Below, in pieces: positions 12,197 to 25,720 of a stretch of 64,000 nucleotides of DNA. A model generated the notes under the pieces. That model did no database searches, was not told the DNA's origin, and was given only the letters and a program-made list of their open reading frames with translations. The DNA lies in assembly GCA_028534125.1 (NCBI GenBank), contig CM052816.1, positions 43,588,001-43,652,000 of the forward strand. Direction: 5' to 3'. Position numbers and translations under genes: made by a program. The stretch comes from Lama glama. Taxonomy: Eukaryota. How positions within the stretch are numbered: position 1 is the stretch's first letter; the number at the start of each line of letters is the position of its first letter.

Positions 12197-14785
12197 GGTT
12201 TCTTTTACCTTCTCCTCCTAGCGTGAGTTACAGAGTCAGGAGAAAAGAAGCCAGACCGCAGCAGGCTGAGAATTAAAGGCGGTAAGAAAGTCAAGGCTGT
12301 GAATGCAGACTATTTGTTTGGAACTCTGTCCATTACAAGTCAAATGGTAAGGGCTCGGGCTCCATGGATGATACAATTTCCAGAACAAAATGCTTTACAG
12401 TTTGCCAAAGAATCCTTCAAAGTCTGCGGTATCTTAGCAGAGTTTCCTGCGAGATAATTTCTTCAACCTAAAACATATGTGCTTGCTTATTTGGTGAATA
12501 ACAGCGCATATCCCTAGAACGTGAGTTCAACAGTCATTCACTTTGCATCTAGTGTAATACGCTCTTTTCTGAGAAACGTGGAAGTTTGAGTTTGAAAAAT
12601 GATGTGTCTAAGAGAGTATGGACTAAGCAGTTTCGGATATGGCAGAGCAATAAAAAACGTTCTTCCCATGGATTCATTGGAGGTGCAAGGACACAGGTTA
12701 ACCTTGGGAGGTGTGTTCTAGCATTTATTTTTTCAAAGAAAGGAAAGACTTGGTATTTAAATTCTCGCTTTCCTGTGAGGAGGGAAAAAGATAAATCTTG
12801 GCATGTCTGAAAAATATTAAAATGTTCGCAGAATTAACCATCAGTGATAATATCAAATGTCACACTTCTACTCCCTCACATCCTGGGAGAAACTAAAATA
12901 TGTAACCAAGCGGTGGCATACCAGGCTGTTCTCTGCATTGTGGCGTGTTAATTTTATACCAAAAATGGCTGGGTGTAAATGTGTATACAGTTTTGTTTTG
13001 CATCTCCAATGATGTGGTTTATGATTTGCAGTTGGATTTAAGATAAACACCAAGGAACTGAAGTGTTTTTGTAACAGAATTTTAATAGTATTTATCTTTC
13101 AGTGGCATTCGTTTATCCTCCGAATTTTCCATTTTTATTTGCCTTTGGTTTACAAATTACACATGTTGAGAGAGCAACCAATTGAATATATTTTTCCTAA
13201 ACTTTATACTTTTAAATCAGTGATGCTTCTAGAGCATTAGGATTCTGGAAGAGCAGTTTCATATCTTATGGTTTTGTTTTTTTTTTCCATAAATTATACA
13301 AGTGGAATGGACTGTTCCTGGGGAAAATAGCGATAATGAAGACAGATACTGAATTTATTTCTATCCTGGTGAAAAGTCAGAGCATCCAGCCATTTGTATA
13401 TGGTACATTTTCCATAAATGGGCGCAGATTGACCGCAGTACAAACCGAGCTTGTGATGTAACCATGTCCAGTGTTACTGCCCTCCCATACTTGCCTGATT
13501 TCTCTGCTTTCTAACTGGTCTTGAGGACTCTACTGTTGCTTTGAACCCTGTGCTAGGTGCTGAACCCTTTCCTTTCTTTCTCTGTCGGACAGAACAGCAT
13601 CTCTTCTTGTTTCACCCACATCTCTACGTTGCTCTGAAGGCAAAAGGACTAAACCTTGTTTCATGCAAGAACGTAAGTCAGAAGAGAGTCAGGGAAAAGA
13701 ATATTCGACTTGGAATCAGAAAACATTAGATGTTCTTTAATCCTCATTAGGCTGCTTATAGCTGTGCATTCTCAGACAGTATTTTAAACTTAATAATTCA
13801 TGAATCCATTCACTTATTCACTCATTCATCTACTTGTTTTCAACAAGCATGTATTGATGTTCCCTGTGTTTTAGGCACCATGTTAGACACAGAGGATGTT
13901 AAGATGAAAATCAGACACTCCCCTCAAGGAGTTCATAGACCAGTTAGGAAAGCAAAACAAAACTATGATCAAGTGATGCGTGTTAGAACCATCTAAATGA
14001 GGAGGAAGAACAGTATGATTTCTAATGCTCTTATTCCATAATTCTATGGTTCTATGTCTATAAAAATCCTAAAAGTTGTTCATGTGCATTTCAACTTTGG
14101 GCTAAATCAGAAAGATAAAAAGGAAATTTGTTTCCTCCACTTAACAGGCCCCTGGCTTGAAAGGAAAGTGGATAAGTAATTGAATGTGTGTGCGTGTGCC
14201 TTACTCGCTCTTGTAGTCCTTGGACCACAGCATTCTCCTGTTACTGCAGGTGATTAATGGCATGCTGGTTCCCTGGATTACAAATTGTTCAAAGTAAGAG
14301 GGATTTGGAAGTGAGTGAGTGGCAGCACACGTGGTGCTAGACAAAGTAGGGGAAGTATGACAAAACTCTGTACTCCTCGTTCCCATCTGTGCTTAGAGAG
14401 ACAAGGAGAGTCGTCAGAGAGGTGAGAGCAATCAGACTCCAGAAATGTCCCTGGTCTTCCTTCCCCAATTCAAAGAAAATTTACAGAGTATAGGCCATCT
14501 GTGATTTGTGGGAATATGTGGCAAAAAACTGGATCAACTAGTGTTTTAGTAAGAAATAACTAGTGTTTCTCGTTCTCTGCTACAGACACCACTTAGGCCG
14601 CGGGGCAATGATTACCGTGGAAGAGGAAAACTTCTGTTGGGGCGGTCATGATGGTCAGTCAGTATTACAAAAGAGTCTACATCAAACTCTTTTGAACACC
14701 AGTAAATTTGTTAAAAAACCAACTAATAATACTTCAATAGATAGACTTGGTTTAAGTGAACAGAGCTCATGTGATTCTATTTCTG

Positions 14786-15310
14786 GTATCAGTCAGTGTT
14801 TAATCAGACAAACAGAATCCACTTGAGGAATTTCAAGTAGAGTTAATTTAATATAGTTACCAAGCGTTAGAAGTCTGGAGGCACTCTAGGGACGGTTACC
14901 TAGAGAACGGTACCTCCACAAAAGCACTACCACCCCTGGGCCTGGAGGCGCAAAGGAGAAAATGATGTTACCTGCAGTCCGTGTGCAGCCGAGGCTGCTG
15001 CGTTGGGACTGAGTTATCTGAGGACAACTTGGAGCCATGCTCACCTGGAGCTATTACTACTGCTGAAATTGCCATTAGAATCTGGGAAAAAACGGCTTCT
15101 TGTTTTCTCCAGATTCCTACCAGTGCCTTCCGCTGATGAAAAGGGATCTTACAAAAAAATCTCTTCCTCCGTCTTTCCCAAGACACTATCTCAGAACGCC
15201 CCACTGTCTTCTCAGGTGGCGGTGGAATCTGGGAGATCAAGCTTGGCAGGCTTCCTGCCCCGAGATATGAAGGAGGGTCAAGAAGAAGAAGGAGCCGAGA
15301 GACCACAAGC
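14786..15310 (-). mobile_element. Old ERVL-class LTR remnant (LTR33/LTR78-like)
   Basis: GTATCAGTCAGTGTTTAATCAGACAAACAGAATCCACT...AATTTAATATAG end motif. Internal CTCCAGATTCCTACCAGTGCCT and GGAATCTGGGAGAT. Confidence 0.5.
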
Positions 15311-15859
15311 TTCCCAGCACACCTCCCGTTGTCTTTTCTTTCCCTGATAACCTAGTTTACTTTCCAGAAGGGCCTCCACCACTAATGAGTTAGCGAAGGG
15401 GAGAGTGATTTGAACTGAGGGAAGGAGGAGGATGTAACACGGTGACAGTCTTGACAGAAGGGAAAGGAAAGTAGTAGGTTGGAGAATTGGGAAGACAGAG
15501 GGGACATGAATGGTAAGAGGTGAGACGAGTGTCCTTGAATTCCTGTGTCGTGACGTTCAAGCCCTCTGGGCTGAGGTGAGCTGGGGGCTAGCAGAAAAAT
15601 CCACTTAAAATGGTGGAAATTATAAACTGAGGGTTAGGTTACACTCGCTACTTGTTTCAGAATCTATCCTGGGAAAATTTCAAATGCCGTGCGGTCCCAT
15701 GTTTACCATGGTATGACACCAATATGGTACCACATGATTTGTAAACTAGGAATGGTTGAAGGAAGCATCTAGACAAGAGGGCTAAATAATACTCCTGGAT
15801 TCCCAAAGTCCATGAAGGGTATCTAGTGATTCTGTGATTTCCTAAGTCTGCTGTTACTG

Positions 15860-16250
15860 AGAAGGTCAGTGCAAGAAGCCCGGGATCAGGGCAAGGATGC
15901 TACAGAGCACAGGGTCCTTGCTGCAGAAAGCTGAGTGGGACCTAAGGTCCTTGCGAATAGTGCCACCAAAACCCTCCTCTCTCTAAACCTGCAGAGCGCC
16001 AAGCAGGATAAAACAGAACGCTGGATAGGACCACAGGATACTCAGTAACTTGGTACAGTGAGGAGTAGGTAACAGAGGACAGCAGAGACCCCGGTGCTGG
16101 TGCACAAGCCACAGGTTCCTCCTCTGTCACCACGAGGGCATGAGAACACCCCCTTACACTCAGTCAGCACCTTGGGAGAGGGAGGAGGGGAGTTCTCTGT
16201 AAGATCCGCCAAGAGGAGAGAATCAGTTTTGACAGAGAGTTTAAAGCAGT
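15860..16250 (+). mobile_element. Possible ancient Gypsy-like LTR remnant (LTR85/88/MamGyp-like)
   Basis: Loose similarity only: GCACCTTGGGAGAGGGAGGAGGGGAG...GAGAGTTTAAA. Confidence 0.3.
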
Positions 16251-19200
16251 CTTCTTCAGCAGTCGTTTAGGGTCCAAAGTGAAAGATACCAATACGGGTG
16301 CTGCCGAGCAAGACGGGGTGAGTTACACAGTGGAGAACCTTCGCACGGCCTCTGTTCATTCTTTGGAGCATCATGGTTCTGATATGAGAGCTGTATTGCT
16401 CATACGTGGTTATATTATAACAGCAAAAATTTTTCAGTTGAACCCTTTTCAGATAGAATGTTGAAAATTTCAATCTATTCATGGTATGCGAAGTAGAATA
16501 GCCCTAGAAAACTACTCGTTGCTTTGGAATGACTGGCGCCAATTGTTTCATGAGATAGAAAATAATTAAAGCAAATTTTCAGGAGAAGCAATTTATTTTG
16601 TGATTACTTATTATGACGGGAAGGTCTACATGGTATTCTTAACAACCTATAGAAAGATGATTTGTTCTGAGAAGCTCATAATCTAAAGTGATTCATTTAT
16701 TTGTAAAGATAGGGTTATTGTAAGAACAAAAGCATAGTCTTTATTAAAGTTTATAAGCTAAAGGAGAGGAGATTGTTTCCATTCATCCCCATCTTTCCAT
16801 AATGTTTTTGTAATGGGAACAAATATTAAAATGATCCATTCTTGTCAAAAAGGGGTTCGTTCAGATTTGGACAACTTAATAACAACTTCCAGACTACTCA
16901 CCCAACGAGGGACCCCGACCCCAAGGTGCCACCCTACCTTGAAGTATTCCAAAACCCCATAAGTTACATTCTTAAATCTTTTTTTGTGCAAACTCCAATA
17001 TTAAATCATATTAGATAACTACTTAAATAGGTAAAATAATAATTTAGAAGCAAAATTGTGCCTAAATTCCTGTAGGCAATCTATACAGGCTGGGTATTTG
17101 TGTCCATAAGTGCATGATGATTTCATAATGAGTTAGTTTATAGTTTTATGCATTTACTTCTCAGACTGCTTGAGCATCATTTTCTGCTGGCTATTATATT
17201 ATTGGGTCACCATAATACTAAACTGTAGGGTGTTTTAGCTGATAATTCCTGAAAAGTGCTTACTTTTGAAATAAAAAGCAAAGCAAAAATAAAAAAATCA
17301 AGCCACAATGCTGACTGAAAAAAATATTTATATTGATATTAAACCCCTCAGCTAGATTCTGAGACACATCACTGCTTAAAATGCAGTCACCTGACAAAAA
17401 CAGTTCTAATTATTACCCCCTTGGGCTAACATTTTTCAGAGTGACTGGCTAAAATGCACTCCAGCTCATAATTTCTGTCTGTGACAGTGGAAGACATAAC
17501 CTAGTTTCCTCTAATGCAAAAGTCTCTAATCTAGAGGGCAAGACCCTGCTCCGTCTAACACTGAAGGGAGAAAATGCAATTTGAGCACAAGGAAATTGCA
17601 CACATAGTTTGATAGTTCTACCACTCTCGGAATTTTTTTTTTCCTCCTTGGGTTTAAATGTCTTGTTTTATTTTATACTAAATTATGACCTGGCTGAAAT
17701 TGCTATGTTTTCTTTGTCATATTCTGGAAACCTCTTACTATAAAAGTGAAGGTTATACTATAGCTCCATACTTTTCTTTTTTTCAGGGGGGTGGGAATGG
17801 TCACTTTTTGACAGTTGAGCAGTGAAAACATTAAAAGTTACTGTGCTTGCTGCAGCAATATTTTCTTCCTGTTGAATAATAGCTCTTTTGTCTTGGCAAA
17901 TGGGGCATATATACTGCATTAGAAAAAGGTAATTAAATCATTTTGCAATGACGAAAGTGCAGATTTTTGACTCGGACTAATCGGTAACAACTTCACTGGT
18001 GAATCTATGAACGAACAAACTTTTATGATTGCCAAGAGAGGTGAATTATCCTCAGATCGTTCTGGTTCACTTCCCAGGCGGTGGCTGAGTAATACACAGC
18101 CCTGAAACTGATAAGCCAGAAGGCTAAAGAAGTTTCAAGGCAGTCAGTTAGAGGTCCTGCAAAGAAGGCAGCTATCAGCGTCGGGTACTGGAGATTTTCA
18201 TTAACAATTTTTATTTCTGTGAATCGGAGAGCCTTCACCCCCTTGCCTATCTCTTTCTGCTGACAGCTGCTGCTTAACACCTTCCCTCCAGCTGGGAGGG
18301 CAGCCGGCTGGCTGCGTGTGCAGCTAACGCCGGGATGGCTCCTTAGCGAGCAACCAGGGCATCGGTTTCCTCCTGGAGACTGCACATGTCACCTTCACGT
18401 CTCATGCATCTTCCATCATTTACATGAATATATCAGGGGCTCTGATAGAAGGCACTAGGCTATGAAAGTGTAGTCTAACCGGTGACTGGGAACAAAGGCC
18501 GCCTTCAGCTATGAATGATTCACTGCCGTGGTAAAGAATACTTTCTTTTTGCTTTCACGATGAGTAGACTTCCTTACCCAGAAAATAAAAGTGAAAGAAG
18601 AGAACTGAAAAAGAATTATTAAAAAAAATACTGATTTTGATAAACACTTATAAAATGACTCTATGCCAAGGTTTGACAACGTTGTAAGGTAGACTTGTAA
18701 TGTCAGGAGGAAGGTTTATACTCAACTCTTCCCACACATGTTACTGTACCGTATCACCCCCAAGTTACTCAGTTTCCGTCGGAAGATACCACAGTGTGAT
18801 CAATCTCATCAGTAAATGCTGGGTTCCAGTTTGGACAAGATCAGAGTGAATTATTTGAAAGGTCATGTGAGTGTATCTAATAGGTACTTTAAAATATCTT
18901 GTGTGGTTCATTAACCAGTTTAATCCAGTGAGTTAAAAAAGAGCTTCTATAGCTCATCTCTAGAAAACTGAAACATGGATTTTATTTTTCGACCATTAAA
19001 TTACAAACATCAAACAAATTGTTTTAAAGATACTTGTTTCCTAACACCCGATATGGCCTATGTCTTTGGGAAGCAAATAATAATGAACAGGATTAGGGAA
19101 TAATTTAAGCCTAACTGTATAACCCTGGGATGGCTGTGAAGTGTCTCTATCTCTCCCTGCACTTGGCCTGTTAAGAAGCCAGGCTTGTTCTCAACCAAGA

Positions 19201-19779
19201 GAGCAGTGAAAGCGTGGCGAGGTTGCAGCCCAGTGCTAATTTACTGAAGTCTACGGGCAACATTTTGAGAAAATTCAGTTTTCAGATTATGGACACATTG
19301 GGTAGTTTCTTCTAGATATTAAACTTCTTTAAAAAGGATTATTTTAATATATTTAATATGGTATTTAAAATAAGTTGTCAGTAGCAGATACCTGCTAAGC
19401 TGTGAATACAAGAAAATAGTTCACAGTAAAGAACAATTGTATACTGAATACAATATTTTGAAAAATATTTGGATATTAAATTTGTCTTCATTAATATTAG
19501 TTATGGGTCCACAGAAATATGTCATGATCGATTCCTTGCTTTATTTTAACCTCAAAATATTATCTCTAGGGGAATTTTAAAAATAGTGTATCAGAAAGCT
19601 TGCTTCTAAGCTGTTGAGTCAGGTCTCTCTTTCATAGAGTTAATAGTTTCTATATATTTCCATATTTGGCCATCTGATATTATCAGAACAATTATGGAAT
19701 ACTCTTAGTAATACTGTGTCAACAAGGTCTTTGATATTTTAAAAATATGCATCCAATAATAGCTTTAAAATATGGAAGA

Positions 19780-19852
19780 TATTAAAATAATTTAAAAACT
19801 AAATTAAAAAATAAAAAATATTAAAAAATTAAAAAATAATTTAAAACTAAAA
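19780..19852. repeat. A/T-rich low-complexity tract
   Basis: ATTAAAATAATTTAAAAACTAAATTAAAAAATAAAAAATATTAAAAAATT... is almost entirely A/T. Confidence 0.85.
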
Positions 19853-19887
19853 GTAATGGACTCTCCATCCAGAACTAGTTTTGTACA

Positions 19888-20120
19888 AAGCATTTACTGA
19901 GGGCTTACATTATGCCAGGCAGTTTTTTTTTTTCAGTGTCATACATGTATTATTTCATTTAACCTTCAAAACCATCTAATGGAAAAATTACCAATATGAG
20001 GTTCATTTTTACAAACAAGGAAACTGAGGCACACACAGGATATGTAACTTGTTACAGGCACATTGTTGGTAAGTGGAAGAGTTAGTATCAAAACCTAGGT
20101 AGCTTGATGCTGTGTTCTTT
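19888..20120 (-). mobile_element. MIR SINE
   Basis: CATTTACTGAG...ATGCCAGGCA...CATTTTTACAAACAAGGAAACTGAGGCACA...GTAACTTG. Confidence 0.8.
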
Positions 20121-23100
20121 GCCCTGATATTTTATTATATCACCTCACACTAGTTAATGTTGAATAAAAATCGATGTTATGAGATTTTTTTTAAAAAAAA
20201 TGTAGGCGTATAAAATTCATTAGTAGGAAAAATTAAGCTGTTTGTGTAGAACTAGCGATCACAGCATCATCCCTGTGTCCCCCATCCCTCCCCATGAAGC
20301 TCGGCAGCAGTGCAGGGAACACACTGCATCCTCTCGAACAGAGCTGCACGGAATGTGATTTGCATGTGGGGATGTGAACTACGAAGGCACAGAGTAGAGG
20401 AGCGGTTCCACACAAAATAGGCAACGTTATATTCTTTCTCTTGCTTACTAGTGAGATTTCTACATTATAATAGGAAAAGATGACACATCGAATTAAAATA
20501 CTGACCTACTGATACCAAGGTTTGTACTCTATCCTGAAATTACACGTTTAAAATAGATTTTTTTGAGAGGTGAAAATCATGGCCCTTTTTTTGGGGGGGG
20601 TGTGGGATCTTTACCGGAGCTTCACTTTTTGATTAAAAGAGAAAATGAATCCTCTGATAAAAATTACTGTGATAAAACTGACCTCAGATTACAGTCCGTG
20701 TGAGTCATGAGTTTCCCAGGAAGAATTTTATTTTAACCTAAACGATACCTGAGATCAACTTAAACCTTCATACGTTTTTGACGTGACAGGAACACAGTGG
20801 CCTCTCGGTGGGTGTCAGGGAGGAATCACTCTGAGGAGGCCTCTATCCGTCAAGAGCTGGGCTCGGGGAGCACGGTAGCCTGAGGTCTCCTTGGTTTGCT
20901 TCTCTAAAACCAGACCCGATAGAAAGCAGGAAAAGTGACGTTTCTTCTGAACGGGTTATCTTTGCTGCAGACTTCATAGATGTCAGACAGTTAGCATAGA
21001 GCAATGAACATCCCTGATTTTTTTTTTTTTTGGTAATAACATCCAGCAACTAAAATCTTGTAAACTTTTTTTGTCAGATGTGAGAGAATACATAATTCTA
21101 TGGTTTCTCATGTTCGTTTTTTTTGGGGGGAAAAAAACAATTATTATTTTGTCATTAGAACCTGTAAAATAAAGTCCCAGTAAAATCCATCTATACAGAT
21201 CTATGCAAATCAATAAAAGGAAAATATGTGCCAAAGTGTCCTATTAATGGAAGCCAGTTTCCCACAATTCTAAATTTATATTCTTCAGTGAGTTTTGTCT
21301 ATCTGTCCTATCCAATTTAAATGATCATACTTGGGAACATGCACTATCCACGCACACATACAACAGAAAATAGTTTGGGTTTTTAATTAAAATTTCAGAG
21401 GCCAGCAACTACTTTTTTCACTTAGTGCTCTACTTCAGTCTAGTACTCTGTGTTTTCTCCTCATTTCTGTATAGACCACAGTAAACATTTGGAAGGCATT
21501 TTGTATGGCAAGTTTTGTGTATTGCAATTTTTGAGCAATGCAAACATCCCCCTTAAATAAATGAAAACAGATCCCAGAAAGGGTACGCTTCCAACACATT
21601 CCCCCAAGATCTGAGTGCCGCTGTGCATTCTTGCTCAATTTAAACAAACTAAACTTCAGTTAGTCTCTCCTCCCCTAATGGGCACCCCCACTGGGAACAT
21701 TGTTAGGTTACCACCATGGACAAGGCCTCAGTACAGCTGGATCTGTAAACAAGACCATAATCCGCATGAAAGAACTCTCAGAGTTTTGGCAGCGCTCACA
21801 GTGTTGTTAACATATTGTGCCAAAGCAATAACAAAGCCATCATTTTTAAGTTTGTTCACGGATTTGTATTAATCAAGAAATTTTCCAGAAATTACTTCTA
21901 AATGAGGAACCTTCCAGAAAGTTACCATTTGGCAAGAAGACTTCCAGATGCCTTTTTTTTTTCTTTTTGCTTATCTGCAACATATTCTTCCACATAAATT
22001 ACGAATTTGTGGAAGTTCAGAGGAGACAGAAAACACATTGCTGCTGTGCTGGCGGAAGGAGGATCCCTTCAGCTTGCTTCCTGCTTCCTCAAAGCCTGGC
22101 TAGGAGGAGGTGGCCAGGCCATCTAGCTTGGCATTCTGGCGATAAGCATTAAGTATTGGTATTTGGATCAGGAAAACGATTATTAGATTACTCTCAGAAC
22201 TGCACACTAAGCATTTAGGAAAAAGACCAGCAGAAGGTGTTGGTCCTTTGCTGACATTTAGTTGTTGCTTTTTATTGGCATCCTAGGCGATCCTCTCAAA
22301 TTTGATTTTTTCACTTTAGACTCTATTTTCAAAACTTGTGCACAAGCAAGGCTTTTGCAAACTATTGAAACTACTCTATAGGAAAACAGAAGGGAGAAAA
22401 AGGAGGGCATAACAGTGCAGTTAGAACTAGGGTGGTGGGACAACCTAAACTTACCTTTCAACAATGTGTTATTCCTTAAGTTCTTTTATGGTAGTAGTTT
22501 TTCAGGTTTAAGCTTTGTGTAATTAAAACAAATCCTGAGTAAAACAAACTTTTAAAGGGTGCTAAATTTTCAAAATACAGCGATGCTACAGCCTTAATGA
22601 AGGGTGCATCTGTGGCTCCTCTGATGGTCTCTGCACGTGGACTTAGAGACTTCTGTGTTGGGAGTTGAGAGCCATAAGTGAGCGTATCGCCAGTGAGGTC
22701 ATGGGAATTTTGGGTTACCATCAGTCTAGCTCTGGCTTAGTCCACCAAAAGCAGACGCAAGCCCAATTGGCCAAAAGGACCCAGGCATCATACCACTGAC
22801 GGGACAAACAGGGCTGCGTTTGCTCCAAGTCTGCCCCCAGCCTTGAGGTTCTCAGTCAAAAGAAGTTGCTTGCCTAAGGTGTTGGTTGTATTTTATCATT
22901 TATTCATGTCCATGGTATCTTCTGGATGACCTCTATTTTTATTATAACAAAAGAAAGTCTTTCAAGTAATGACTAACGGTAAATAACCCTTTATCCAGCT
23001 GAAGACCACCCTCAACGCGCAAACTGCCCTGGAATGAAATGTCTTCTTTCCCCCTATGGTGCCTTGTTTAAAGCGCCAATATAACCTGTTTATATTCTGC

Positions 23101-24889
23101 CTTGTTTTAAAGTTACTTGTGTTCCATTTCCTACTTTCCCTTTGAAATTGTAATGTTCCTGGAAGTCTCTCCAAATAACTAATACAGTGCTTTGTACATA
23201 GTAGATTTTGCTTGAATGCTTGCTTAACTGATTTGCGAATGTTTATTTCTTAAAAAAAAAAATTCCTCCACTGAACACACAGTACTTAAGGTGGTACTCA
23301 GCATTACTGGGTCAGTTATTGCTCCAACTGTGTTAGTAATTCTCCAGCATTATGCTCCATACTCCAGCATTTAGTATATGATAAATAATACGCACTACAA
23401 AGACATGACGTGAAGACAGAATCCTAGCTTCAATTTTAAAGCTCATAATTGTTCTTCAAGAAACAACAATGCTAGGCAAGTTCTTCATGGGTTTTTGGGT
23501 ATCAGCATCCTCTCCTGATACAACGTGAAGTTGAATTGTTCCTGGGTTTCTGACTGTACATTATTGTGGTCTGTCTGTGACGTGTAGATGCCGATTGTTT
23601 TTTCTGTGCATGCAGGCATATGTGTTCACCCTCTGTCTTTGAATTAACTCCTTTTTGAGTGGTCTGTTACTGCATGAGATTGGACTTACCTAGGTCTGCG
23701 CAAGAGCCCTCATCTGAGAACGCCCTGCTTTCTGTTGCTTGTGATCCCCACCGTACCGTGGCTTTTGTTTTCTTTTCTATCTAGTTAATGGCCAAGTCAC
23801 ATTACTCACTTGACGACTATGTGGGTTTAAATGGCCCAGAATAAATTTCCACAACGATTTAAAAAATTTGACTGAAGGTGAAGTGGATCAATAGTTTGGA
23901 AATTACCCTCTCTTTTGTATCAGTGGAGACTTGGAAAAATTAATAAGACAAACTATTTCAGGCAATAGGATTTCTTGAATTACACCCTTGACATTTCTTT
24001 AAAACCATTTCTCTGTTTTTAAAGGAAGATGTCTTTTATCTTATCCTTGAAATTCGTAGTACTCACTTCCTGAAAAAGCCAGTGTAGATCAAGATGAATC
24101 CTAAGGGTAAATTCAAGAAACAAGCTGTACAGGAAAATGCAATCTAAATCCCACCAGATGAAGATTCTCCAAGCTGTGCAGATCAGAATGACCTGGCTGA
24201 AGACTCAGGAGAAGGATTTCCTGTATGTGGGGTGCCCAGTGATGATGGCAGATCGTCATTCCATGTTGGAGTCACAAGCCTAAGGGTTGCCTTAGCCATT
24301 TCTAGGTAAGATCTATTATTGACTAGAAAGAGCAGTAAGAAAATAAATATTGTTTATAGTCAACCAACGTTAAATTGAAGAAGCTCTTCCCAGTGAACAA
24401 CAGTTTGCAAAAGCAGAGGTGAAGCCGCAGTTGTTTGTCATGTATTCAGAAAGCAAGTTAGCCAGAAAAGCTGAAAACTCTGACCCAACCTTGTCAATTA
24501 ACGAAGAAGATGGCAACTTCCTCTCTCAGCTGCTTTTGCCTCCCGACACCCAGTATCCCCTTACAATTTGTACTTTGAAAGATGCTTTAGGAGTTTTACT
24601 TTAAAAGCGATAACTCAACCAAACAAATGTTTGCATACTCTAATCACAGTTTCTGGGCAAATTTAAAAGATGGACACTTTTCCGAATGTTACTGATTACA
24701 CTGTTTGAAAGTTATGAGAGGAGCCATGAATTTAATTGAAATGTCAAATTGTAAAGAGAAATCAAAGTGGTGGTTATGGATACTAATTAGGGATAATGGT
24801 GGGGAATGTAAACAGGAAGAGGGGGCAGCTCTGGCTGACAATGCGAAAGTGTTACCTGATGAGAAAAGACATGGTGTACACAATAGCAT

Positions 24890-24921
24890 TGCGTGCGCGT
24901 GCCCGCGCATGCGCGCGCACG

Positions 24922-24964
<43 letters not shown>
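24890..24964. repeat. Compound (GC)n/(CA)n microsatellite
   Basis: TGCGTGCGCGTGCCCGCGCATGCGCGCGCACGCGCGCGCGC followed by an uninterrupted AC run to 24964. Confidence 0.97.
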
Positions 24965-24966
<2 letters not shown>

Positions 24967-25509
24967 CGAAAACTATCATTCGCTTAAGCTGGCCAGTGGA
25001 AGATGAAATTTCTTTAAGTCCAGGAGGGAGAAGCCACTGAAAGGTTAACAGTATCAGCAAGATAACAAAAAAGCTTGTCTTGTGTTTGGGAAAGGAAAGG
25101 CGTCTAACTGTAGGAATTTGGAAGGTTTAACTAAACTATTATTTGTTACTTATTTTTTAATGTGTCATGACCTGTAGGGTGGTTTGGACACACAGGGTGA
25201 ATGAAGTTCCTAATACAGTATTTCTTTGATCACTATCCTAGCTTAACACCATGCTCATTTTGATTAATTAATGGATTAATTAATACTATGTGCTCGATAC
25301 TGCATTTGAGCAGTGAATGGCCAAGACAAAGAAGGCCACTGCCTTTATGATGTTGTCTAGTAGGGGAGCAATCAACAAACAAGGAAATTGTATATAATTA
25401 TAAATTGTGGTAAGTGCTAGTTTAGTAAACTTTGATATAATTCTCATAACCCATAAAATAAATAGTGCATATTCTTGTGAGTTTTAAGTTTTCTTTCTCC
25501 CCATTTAAT

Positions 25510-25720
25510 ATCACCTAACATTTATTCAGCACTTAGGAGTCCTGTTAAATGCTTTATATATCATCTTATTAATTCTCACAATTTAAGGCATATGTACTAT
25601 TGTATATATACAGTACAGTTAAAACACGTTCCCAAAAACACACTGCTAATTGGAATAGGGACAGGATTCAAACCCAGGGCTATTAGAGTCTGCAGAGCTT
25701 CTAACGGTTTTGCTATACCA
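25510..25720 (-). mobile_element. MIR SINE
   Basis: CTAACATTTATTCAGCACTTA...ATGCTTTATA...AATTCTCACAA...CAGGATTCAAACCCAGG. Confidence 0.65.

Noticed and set aside
14205..14237. 33-nt minus-strand exon candidate (ENAVVQGLQER, donor GTAAGG)
   Set aside because: The polypyrimidine tract is poor and there is a competing upstream AG. Such pairs are expected by chance in 64 kb.
24689..25060. ORFs with HTHT/CVCV/ARAR runs (also 46009-46212)
   Set aside because: These are translations of dinucleotide microsatellites.
25258..25285. Duplicated GATTAATTAAT as a homeodomain site cluster
   Set aside because: It sits at what appears to be a degraded L2 3' terminal repeat, so simple slippage explains it.
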